The translations under genes and the position numbers were made by a program. From the NCBI GenBank assembly GCA_951406725.2, contig OX597821.1, positions 85,870,001 through 85,934,000 on the forward strand: a stretch of 64,000 nt of DNA, in the 5' to 3' direction. Position 1 is the first letter of the stretch, and the number at the start of each line of letters is the position of its first letter. The notes under the pieces were generated by a model. The model ran no database searches and had not been told where the DNA came from. It was given only the letters and a program-made list of their open reading frames with translations. Origin of the DNA: Octopus vulgaris. Its lineage: Eukaryota. This document shows, in pieces, positions 53,647 to 64,000 of the stretch.

Positions 53647-53862
53647 CTATTTTTTAGTGGCTGCCTTTGTTGAGCCTGTGCTACTAGGAATGCTGTTGGT
53701 CGGAGGATTTGTAGTGGAGGTGGTGACGTCTGTGCTGGTGGTGGTAGTAGTTGTATTATTAGCAGCTGTGGTTGTCTCGTTAAGCTGGGATTCAAAAATA
53801 TAGAACTGCTTTTGTAGCTGTAAAATCTGGTCCTTGAGTTTAACTTCTGTGGAGTTCAAATC
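53647..53862 (-). CDS. EFCAB14: Last coding exon: DLNSTEVKLKDQILQLQKQF...Thr-rich tail...KAATKK*
   Basis: ttctgtAG acceptor at 53863-53864; open to TAG at 53647-53649; GTaagt donor 6 nt after the stop (exon ends at 53641). Several NxT sequons and a mucin-like S/T tail. Confidence 0.8.
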   Translation of the reverse strand, partial: DLNSTEVKLKDQILQLQKQFYIFESQLNETTTAANNTTTTTTSTDVTTSTTNPPTNSIPSSTGSTKAATKK

Positions 53863-53959
53863 CTACAGAAATAAAGAAATAAATGATTAAAAAAGAATCA
53901 AAAATAAACAAATGCTATATAAAATGCAAATACTTCATCGTTCTCAAAAGGAACATTGG

Positions 53960-54365
53960 TGAACAAACAACAAAGCCTAATGAGGATGCTCAATTTGCAA
54001 CAAAACACAACTGAAGTCTTAAGTGGTGATCTCATTCTTCCTCACAACATCATAAGCGGAAAGTGTAACCTCTCGAAAGAGCTGTTCTTCACTCCTGCTC
54101 CAGAGCGTTGGCTGTGGGGTCACTCCGCAAAGCTCTATCTGTGACAATTTCATCTTAATCGAAGGAGAGGGGCTTTCTCCGTCTGGGTTGCGGATCCATG
54201 GAATAAGCTGCTGGACGAGATAGTGAAGATGCCAACGACCGCTCAGTTCAAAGTCTCTCTTGACCAGAAATGGCCTGAACTCTTTGCATGAACACCACCT
54301 TGCACATAACTCCATGTCCCCCTACATGGCCTTGCTTTTTGAGCCAAAAAATTAACTTAACTTAA
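53960..54365 (+). mobile_element. CR1 LINE 3' fragment (intronic)
   Basis: GHSAKL..RRGAFS..PWNKL..FKVSLDQKW plus a (taact)n tail. Confidence 0.8.
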
Positions 54366-56014
54366 TTATACCTTACATCTTTGAAAAGTAATTCTTTTAC
54401 TTGTTGACATTCTAATATATGTTACGTTCAAGAACAAGATCATCAAGGATGGGTCACTTTTGATTATAAGGGTACTCTTCTAGCATACTCCTTACATATA
54501 CTTCATACAAACAGCACAGAGAAAACTTTCAATATGGATTATCTCTCTACCCACACCTCTGACTGAATAGAAGTAATGCGTCTATGACCACAAATTCCAA
54601 TGTGTCTAACTATTTTTCAAGAAGGGCATCCAGTCGTAGAAACATTGCCAGATCAGACTGGGCCTGGTGCAGCCTTCTGGCTTCCCAGACCCAGTTGAAC
54701 CATCCAATCCATGCCAGCATGGAAAGTGGAAGCTAAACAATGATGATGATGATGATGATAGGGAGAAGTGATTTGAAGAAGATTTGTTCCTAGCAGGTCA
54801 AGGTGTCTTCAGAGAACCAGAGTCATGGGCTCAGGTTTTCTTCTTAAGCACAAGTCAGCCCTGATCAAGCAGTTATATCAACAACATTCCAGTCATGACC
54901 TACCTGTGACAAATGTGTCTAGGACTACATGATCTACAGTCCTATACAATATTTAATTTCTTGCCTCTTAACATTCCGAACCCAAATGAATCACTGTTCA
55001 CATGTCCAGGTTCAATAAAATTAAGGCCAGTTACTATTTAGTTCCACATTAGCTCTGGTTAAAGATTTCCCAGTGATGGCTGTCAGGTTTTTCCTATCTT
55101 AGATGGCATTATTAAATGTGCCTTTCATTTTAGAGCATAATTCAAGGAAGATATGGATGTTGATTCTAGCAGGTTGAGTGACCAAAAGAGAATCCCTCTT
55201 TGGCTAGAAAAAAAGGCTTTGTTGTCAACAGATGTAACTTTTTGAATCCTTTTATTCTTCTAGCAACTCAAATTTTGGTACCAACTAATTTTAAGTCTTA
55301 TTATTAATTCAGCAAATCATTCAAGATCCCTGAATTACATTTCACAAATTCTTCTATTGCTAATTATAATGGCACATCTAGCATTTGCAGTGGAAGGGGA
55401 AAACCAAAGATGTGGGAAGAAGTATTGTATTTTCAGAAAAGGCAAGATTACTTATACACCAAGACAACTTTTGAGAACCGAAAATTCTATGTGAAATGCA
55501 GCAGGATTTGGAAAGACAGAGATGATGTTTGAATGTTTACAGTACATGTTTATATTTATATGCTATGTCAACTTGTATGCCGGAAAATATGGGACTGAGG
55601 TATGATGGGTTTCATGAACAAGATGACGAAGGATTATGACAAGTGGCAAGGAATATTACTGAAACATACACATCCAACTCCTACCAGCACAGAACAGAAA
55701 AGGGGATATAAAATATGATGAAGTCCTGATTGTTTGTCAAGCTTTCAAAGCAAGATTCTACTCTACTGTTTTCGTGCAGGCCATAGCAGCAGCTGTATCA
55801 TCTCAAAAACAAAGTCTAGTATATAATTCACAGATCAGTCTTTTCTTTTATCCTACAAATCTTTGTAAAAGATATAACTATTAAGCTCCGAATAAAATAT
55901 GGAAATAAACAGAAATTTAATATTTATTAGCATAACAATGTAACAAATTAATATTTATTCATATTTCCAGAATAAATATAAAAATCGAAGACAAAAACAA
56001 TGCATGTTACTAAC

Positions 56015-56104
56015 TTCTTGGAATTGGGTAGTTAATCTGGTAAAATCATATGTAAAGTTATCAGCATGTCCCTTCTCAATTTGAAGTTGTTTAATATCTG
56101 CTCT
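56015..56104 (-). CDS. EFCAB14: Internal coding exon (phase 0-0): RADIKQLQIEKGHADNFTYDFTRLTTQFQE
   Basis: tttacAG acceptor, GTtagt donor, 90 bp open, NFT sequon; lies inside ORF 55955..56227. Confidence 0.75.
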
Positions 56105-57141
56105 CTGTAAATGACATGTTAAAAGAGATAAACATAAGATATAGTTTGTGTACACACATACCTTACTGATAGTAATAAAGATTTCATAATTCAGTCTGTC
56201 ATGAAATCTAAGTATTAGCAATAACAAATAAATACACTATTCGAAATTAGACTCAGTAACCTACCTGCTTCATCTATGCACACACATGCAAACTTATATA
56301 CACATATATAGTCATACACACATAATATAGAGAAACTAACATACATAAATATTTCAAAGCAGATTATACAAATTAAGAGCTGAAAAATAAAATACTTCCA
56401 ACCTCTCACACAAGAAAATATCTTCATTTTCTTAATATTTCATTTGTCCAAAGATTTCTACCCAGGGTTAAAACACTGGTCACTATGAAGCATTGCACCT
56501 TCCAGTTCCCAGATTAAATGTTTTCTCAACAAGTAACTTGTATCAAACCTCTGTCTTAAGGACAGTGGTGTGTGCATGTGTGAGTATAGTACAAGAATAT
56601 ATGTCTGTTTGCCATTTGTAAGGTAAAGCAGGCTGCATATCCTGTTTAACTCATATAATACATACGTGTATATCTCACATGAAACATTCTTCTGATTACT
56701 GTAAGACGTAAAGGACAACCACACAATAGAGTACCAGTGTTGGATGTACTTCAAAAGTTGTCACTTTGTGTAATAGTTGTTTATTAATAAGGCTGTCCAA
56801 CATGGTTGCAGTAATAGTAGCTTCAATAGCAGCAACTGTTGTTACTGTTTAGGTCAAAACTGGCCCTGATCTAATAGGCTTATTATGTTCAAAAGCATTT
56901 AGCTGTGATCATTGGTATTAGTATGTTCCTGACGACGTTATTGCAATACAGAAAGACTGTGTAATACAAGAGTCCTCAAAGCGCAGGAGTGGTTGTGTGG
57001 TAAGTAGCTTGTTTACCAACCACATGGTTCCGGGTTCAGTCCCACTGCATGGCACCTTGGGCAAGTGGCTTCTACTATCGCCCCGGGCCGACCAAAGCCT
57101 TGTGAGTGGATTTGGTAGACGGAAACTGAAAGAAGCCCGTC

Positions 57142-57186
<45 letters not shown>

Positions 57187-57207
57187 TATATACATATATA
57201 TATATAC

Positions 57208-57250
<43 letters not shown>

Positions 57251-57825
57251 CGTGTATTTGTGTGTCTGTGTTTGTCCCCCTAGCATTGCTTGACAACTGA
57301 TGCTGGTGAGTTTATGTCCCCGTTACTTAGCGGTTCGGCAAAAGAGACCGATAGAATAAGTACTGGGCTTACAAAAGAATAAGTACCGGGGTCGAGTTGC
57401 TCGATTAAAGGCGGTGCTCCAGCATGGCCGCAGTCAAATGACTGAAACAAGTAAAAGTGTAAAGAGAGAGTAAAGCAGAAAATTAAGAATTACCTCCCTT
57501 CCAATGGCTATTTTCGCTCTGACACCAGTATAGTATATGGCAATAAAGGAAAAAAGCATGGTTGGCTAAAACTGAAAGCCTGGCTTCTTCAAATACTTAT
57601 TTCTTACTTTGGTTAAAAAGCCACATATAGAGAAACAGACTTTGGTCAAATACATTTCATTGACCAGTGGGTAACTCTAGCAAGACTTCAACCCATATAT
57701 GCATATGTATGTGTGTGTGTGTGTGTCTCATTTCCCCCTCCATTGCTTGACAGCAGGCATTGTTTTATTTATGCCTTGTAACTTAGCAGTTAGGCAAAAG
57801 ATGACCAATAGAATAGGTACTAGAC

Positions 57826-58044
57826 CAGTGCTTTTCAAACTTTTTGCTGGAGCAGAACCCCAAGGAAACATTCCACTGGCTTGAGGAACCCCTGTGCAAT
57901 AATTTAATAGTCTTTTGCACACATATCTGCACAGGAGAATTAAAAATTACTGCTGATTTTAGCAGTTTTGTAACTTCTTGCAGAACCCCTGGACTTTACT
58001 GGTGGAACCCTATGGTTCCGTGGAACCCTGGTTGAAAACCACTG
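57826..58044. mobile_element. hAT-type MITE inserted in a SINE tail
   Basis: TIRs cagtgcttttcaa and ttgaaaaccactg; perfect 8-bp TSD tactagac. Confidence 0.92.
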
Positions 58045-58415
58045 TACTAGACTAAAAAATAAGTACAGGGGCTGATTTGTCTGACTAAACCCTTCAAGGT
58101 GGTGCCCAGCATGGCTGCAGTCCAATGACTGAAACATATGATATAACTTGCTAAAGCAAGATATTTAATCTGTTATTCTAAATAACTACACAACATTTTA
58201 TCTTCCTAAATATCAACATGGACACAAGATATTAACATAACTATAGATATGACAGTGCATAGATATAAAATATAATATATGGACAATGGCTACAATATTA
58301 CATGGACATAGATATAACATGGCCGTTAGATGTAACATGTTGATAGAAATAAATTGAAGGAAAATAATAATATATACATTTGTTAAAAGACAGGCAATAG
58401 AAATATCCTACTCAC

Positions 58416-58517
58416 CATTTCTTTCATACTTGCAGTGATATTGTCAAATTTGGCAGAAACAACTTGCTCTACTCGGGTTTTGAGTGCTGCTAAGTCACTT
58501 CCTTGGCTTCTCAGACT
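58416..58517 (-). CDS. EFCAB14: Internal coding exon (phase 0-0): SLRSQGSDLAALKTRVEQVVSAKFDNITASMKEM
   Basis: ttttccAG acceptor, GTgag donor, 102 bp open, heptad pattern, NIT sequon; joins in frame with the neighbouring exons. Confidence 0.8.
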
Positions 58518-61500
58518 CTGGAAAAAGAACAACAAGGATTACCCAGGAATTTATCACAATCAATCATACAAACTAGAACTGTTTTCATTATACATTATTG
58601 AATTTTAGTCTTTCCTTTTTGAAGCAGCTTAGTGTTTTGATATTCCCTTTGGATGCATGACTAAACCACATTTTTATGACCAATCAATATTACGTGTACA
58701 AACAGAAGAAAGAAAGTACTCAATACACATTACAGAGTTTGTTTATTTGATCAAAGTTAAATAATCAAGTTTTGGTTAAAGGGTAAAGCTATGAGAAACT
58801 AAGTCGACTCGTTACTCAGTAAATACAACTCCGATTAAATGTGTTGAGGTGGTGAGTGCTGCTTTTGTTTGTTTGTTCATGCATGTGTGTGTGTGTGTTT
58901 CAAGTAAGAAATATTGATAGTGCATAGGTTTTCAAAAGTATAAAATGATCAGTCACAATGTTAACAAGGGATGTCAACATCAGCATCACATTATTCAGTA
59001 ACAAGCAAAATATCAACACTCATGTGCATTAACACACACAGACGTGTGTACGTATGTGTGTGTACAGAGAGAATACAAAATGTGCTAAATAAAGTTTTTT
59101 GTCTACCAAATCCACTTACAAGACATAAGTGAACCTAGAATGATAGAAGATATTTACCCAGGATGCCACACAGTGGGACTGAACCTGGTACCATATGATT
59201 GTCCAACGAACTTCTCACCCACAGTCATGTCTGTGTCTAAAAATTTTATTAAGACATTTCAGTGTAAGCCATGGGCATCACTGAACCATTGTGCAGGAAG
59301 TTCTATGCTGCTTTCTACATATGGCTTTACCCACAAAACCTCTCATACAAGAAAGAGTCAGGGGAATACAGTCAAAGAAAGAGCGGGGATTATCACTTGG
59401 TAATCTGGTAATCATAGTAATCAACAAATACGAAATAATTCAATGTAAAAAATTGGACTATTGCATAATTTGATTCCTTCACATTCTCACAACATAGCCA
59501 CAATGTTTCAACAAAGCATGTATCTGCTGAGCTTCATCAGAGAAGAAATATTCCTTCTCTGAAGAAATATAGTAGATATCTTGCTGAAACATCATAGCCT
59601 AGTCTTTAAAACAAGACCATTCATACAAGAAAGGGCTCATTACATTGTAACGTACAGATATATTAATTACAGAAAATCAAACAGTTGCACAAATGTTTTG
59701 TAAGCAGTAAGCCGAATCCTACTCATGCTTTTAATTTAATGCTGTTTCAGTTGCATACATTGAGTTTTTCTACAGCTTGACAAGCTCCCACAATACCAGT
59801 GAATGCCTTATTCCCTGTCTCTTACATAGCAAAGCATGGATTTTATTTAAGCAAACGACAAATGGGACCATGCCATTGACAAGCCCCAAGAAAGGCAAAA
59901 ATGCAAACGTTCTTCCTGAGAGTCACTGTAATGATGTTTGTCTTACTCTGATATATATTATGATTTTAACACAAGTTAATGAAATAGTTTTTCTCAGACA
60001 ATTCCACAGAATCATGCCTTCTAACCGTGTGCATAGATTTAGTATAATACACACACACACACACACACACACCCTATATCTATGGAGTCACCACAAACCA
60101 CACTATTTTCTATTTAATTCTCAATATTTTTCATAAACTAAATTCAATGAATATGAGCTTCATATGACATATAAAACTACAATTAACATACAGACAAAAT
60201 AGCATTTATCTTTTTAGCTATTCTTTCCCTTAAGTCATGTCGCAAATAGTGTTGTTTACTGAATATGCATTTCTTTTACCAGCACTAACCCTCTTTTCAC
60301 TCTCTCTCCCTCTCTCATTTTTTTGTTACCTTCTCTTTCTTTTCACTCCTTTTACCAAGCCCCTCATACCACACTCTTCTGTTTCAGTTTCTGAATACTT
60401 TCCATGACATCAGTGGCATCAATATCACTTGTAGAGGTCATGTGCAATGCCCTTCCTCCTCTGACTAACTTGTAAATTGCATACACACACACACACGTAC
60501 ACATAGATACAAGTGACCATACGCTTAATCTAGACATACATATTTGCTTTTACATAAGGGCACAGATTTAATATCATTATTCAAATCACTTACTAATCCA
60601 GTAGCAATAAAAATAAATCCATATAACATTCATTTTCATTTACACATGTACACCCACATTACATAAGTCTGGGATTATACTTCACAAAGATCATTTACTT
60701 CTTATAAATTAATATCATGTTCTGTAGTAAGAGGCAGTCAAATGGCAGAACCATCAGAGCATTGAACAGAATGTTGATATTTGTTCCAAATCTCTGAACT
60801 CAAATCCTCCCAAAGTCAGCTTCCTTTTTCATTCCTATCATCTTCATCACGGGCATCATTTTTGACACCCACTTTCCAATGCTTACTTAATTCAGGTGGA
60901 ATTTGTTGAGGCAGATTCTTTTATGGCTGGATACCCTTCTTGTCACTAATCCTCACTTGTTTACAAGCAAGGTAATTCAGAACAAAGAAGCAGAAGAAAT
61001 TTCTTTGAGAAGCTGGAGGATTCTGCAAACAATCTCTCAATCCAATGGCTGGACAGATTCTTTTTTCATAGACACATTAAAAGCACCGTCCGAACGTGGA
61101 AGATGCCAGCGCCGCCGACTGGCGTCCATGTCGGTGACGCGTAAAAGCACCAACTGATCGTGGCCGTTTGCCAGCCTCCTCTGGCCCCTGTGCCGGTGGC
61201 ATGTAAAAAGCACCCACTACACTCACGGAGTGGTTGGCATTAGGAAGGGCATCCAGCTGTAGAAACACTGCCAGATCAGACTGGTGCCTGGTGCAGCCTC
61301 CTGGTTTCCCAGACCCCAATCAAACCGTCCAACCCATGCTAGCATGGAAAAAACGGACATTAAACGATGATGATGATGAAGATTGACAACAAATGGTGCT
61401 TCTTTGAGTTTCTGTCAACCAAGTTCATACACAAGGCTTTGTCTGACCTGAAGCTGTAGCAGAAAACAGTTGCCTAAGGTGTCACACAGTGACTAAGCCC

Positions 61501-62338
61501 AAAACTATATGGTTGAGAAGCAAACTTTAACCACATAGTCATGTTACTGTCCCAATGCAATGTTAACTCAACAATTAGAATAATTTTTTTTCATCAAGTG
61601 GGACCATACTACATGGTAAGGGCATTGCTTCATTATTGCCATAAGGCTTAGGAATATTAGTGCTTTCTTCAAATCCATCGACACCTTCTGAACATTAATA
61701 CCATGCAAATGTTTGTGTTTTGACTTTATTTACACCCCTATGTTGTCCTTTCTCTCTGTCCTTGTGGGGAAAAAAACAACAAGGTGTAATTTGGAGTGGT
61801 TATTGCACTGATGCTACTGGATTGTTGTTTTAGTGCAAAATAAAATACCAGGATATCAGTCACACTTGCATCATAATGCAGTATATCACATATGTTATAC
61901 AATACTTAAGGATACCTGTGCTGGTGCCATATAAAAAAACACTCATGCTGGTACCATGTAAAAGCACTTGTGCCAGTGGCACATTGCGGGCACCCAGCAC
62001 AGACTTAAGTGGTTGGCATTAGGAAGGGCATCCAGTCATAGAAACCAAGCCAAATCAGACAAGAACCTGGTGCAGCTCCCTGGCTTGCCAGCTTCAGTCA
62101 AATCACCCAACCCATGCTAGCATGAAAAAGGGACATTAAAGCATGATGGCGATGATCATCATCATCATCTAATAAATACAAATAAAATTATTTCATAAAT
62201 ACAACCACATGCACATGTACAAATTTATTAGCAATTAAAAATAGAAAGACAAGTAGACGCTAGATAGAATAGCGAAATAGGTGTATAGAGAGACGGGGAA
62301 ATGGACTGATTACATAGACAAGTAAATTGAAGGTTTAC

Positions 62339-62437
62339 CATTGATATAGTCTCTACTTCAGTTGGCAATGATTCAAGAGAAGGAGCTTTGTCAAGACTTT
62401 TTTGTAAACTGGCTGACTTTTCTTTGAGAGTGGCAAT
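62339..62437 (-). CDS. EFCAB14: Internal coding exon (phase 0-0) of an EFCAB14-like coiled-coil protein: IATLKEKSASLQKSLDKAPSLESLPTEVETISM
   Basis: Acceptor tttatAG, donor GTaaac, 99 bp open. Aligns without gaps to my recollection of the vertebrate EFCAB14 segment ISLLTSAVNHLKANVKSAADLISLPTTVEGLQK (shared L.SLPT.VE). The symbol is tentative. Confidence 0.75.
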
Positions 62438-63251
62438 CTATAAATGTAAAGGGATAATTTTCAATGGTGACACAAAGTGATGAATTGTTGTAACATGACT
62501 GACAAAATAGAAGTGCAACTTTTGTAGACAAATAGTAGATGAAGTACTGAGATGACAAGCGATAACAGCACCAAACATCCAATGGTGGTAACACTGCCCC
62601 TTAAAAAAGTAAAATTTATAGAACCATTCCATATTCTAAAATATTATTTTTAAACCGAGTAAGGATATAGATGCACACAGCATTTAAAAGAGAATCAAAA
62701 AGGGACAAACTAGTAATTTATGGTTGATAACTTCACAAATAGGCGCAGGAGTGGCTGTGTGGTAAGTAGCTTGCTTACCAACCACACAGTTCCGGGTTCA
62801 GTCCCACTGCGTGGCACCTTGGGTAAGTGTCTTCTACTATAGCCTCGGGCCGACCAAAGCCTTGTGAGTGGATTTGGTAGACGGAAACTGAAAGAAGCCC
62901 GTCGTATATATATATATATATGTATATGTATATATATGTGTGTGTGTGTTTGTGTGTGTGTCTGTGTTTGTCTCCCCAACATCGCTTGACAACCGATGCT
63001 GGCGTGTTTACGTCCCCGTTACTTAGCGGTTCGGCAAAAGAGACCGATAGGATGAGTACTAGGCTTACAAAGAATAAGTCTCGGGGTCGAGTTGCTCGAC
63101 TAAAAAGGCATTGCTCCATCATGGCCGCAGTCAAATGACTGAAACAAGTAAAAAGAGAAAATAAAATATATATCCTATATTTCAGATTGGTATAAAAATA
63201 AAGGACGAAAGAGAATCTTTATATCATTTTTTTTTTTCTTCTTTTTCTTGC

Positions 63252-63438
63252 CTGATTTAGTCACTGCAGTTTAACTACATTAAAAATATGGTGATCTGCA
63301 ATATTTGTCTGAGGCAAATTTCTTTTCCACCTCAGACTTGATAGACTTGATCCTTTGCTCAGTTTAATAACATGTCTGACTCTTGAGTGCCTCTAGGGGC
63401 AACCTCTTTGTTGCTTGCATTCAGATCAAACCTCTGAT
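63252..63438 (-). CDS. Probable upstream exon of the same gene with apparent indels and stops
   Basis: ctttAG acceptor and CAG|GCaag (GC-type) donor. Coiled-coil-like pieces (LEALKSQ, TEQRIKSIKSEVEKK, ending LNQ) are present, but no single frame is open across the 187 bp. Confidence 0.4.
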
Positions 63439-64000
63439 CTAAAGATTATTTCATGTTTTGCTATGCTGCTTCTTACAGCTGCAACCTATGCGAGACATGG
63501 TTTCTTCATCACTGATCACAAAAAAAAGTTTGTGGGGGCAGCCCTTTCTTCGATGACTTAAAAAAAAAAAAAAGGTGGTGGTGGTCTGTGATTAAGAAAC
63601 TCACTTTGCAGCCATGTGGTTTCAGGTTCAGTCCCACAGCACTGCACCTTGGGGAAGTATCTTCTAGTATAGTTCCAGGTTGACTGATTGAGGTCTCGTG
63701 AGTAAATTTGATAGATAGAAACTGTGTGGAAGACTGGAAACGAACAACTTCCGTTGTATGACAACGATGCTCCTTTACAGCCATCATGTAATGCCTAGAC
63801 AAGGATACTTGTGCAGGTGCCACATGAAATGCACTAGTGATGGAGCCATGTAAAAGCACCCAAGCTGGAAGCATGTAAAAAGCACCCAGCACACTGTGTA
63901 AAGTGGTTGGCATTAGAAAGAGCATCCAGGTGTAGAAACAATGGTAAATCATGCAACTGGAGCCCCTGGACAGCTCTGCAGCTGGGCAAACAATTGGAGC

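Noticed and set aside
53641-53649. Stop-codon readthrough into the next exon
   Set aside because: After TAG CTC AGA the next exon reads CTC TTC TTG CTT TGA, so no extended domain is gained.
59490-59602. Inverted pair of CTGANGA...GAAA motifs
   Set aside because: Stem I cannot form and stem II is weak; possibly an old pLTR fold-back but not supportable.

Overview
AT-rich, repeat-dense animal genomic DNA, most consistent with an Octopus-like cephalopod (inferred from the tRNA-derived SINE families and the microsatellite load). Nearly all ORF-track entries are microsatellite artefacts. One real gene is present: the 3' half of a minus-strand multi-exon EFCAB14-like coiled-coil glycoprotein gene (coding exons about 63.4-53.6 kb, 3'UTR exon about 50.4-49.2 kb). 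The rest consists of SINEs (four families), LINE relics (CR1/L2-group, R4/Dong, HERO-like, RTE, Penelope-like), DNA transposons (hAT with intact TIR and TSD, mariner, Helitron) and fold-back structures. The most notable signal is a set of sequence-unrelated minimal type I hammerhead-ribozyme cassettes, mostly lying 50-230 bp from a (TA)n-type tract with the 3' end pointing towards it. Other highlights are a covarying 3' stem-loop shared by a LINE and a SINE, an ORF1-only L1/Tx1-like insert nested in a SINE inside a hAT element, and a locally templated inverted insertion. All calls were made by eye, without database searches.
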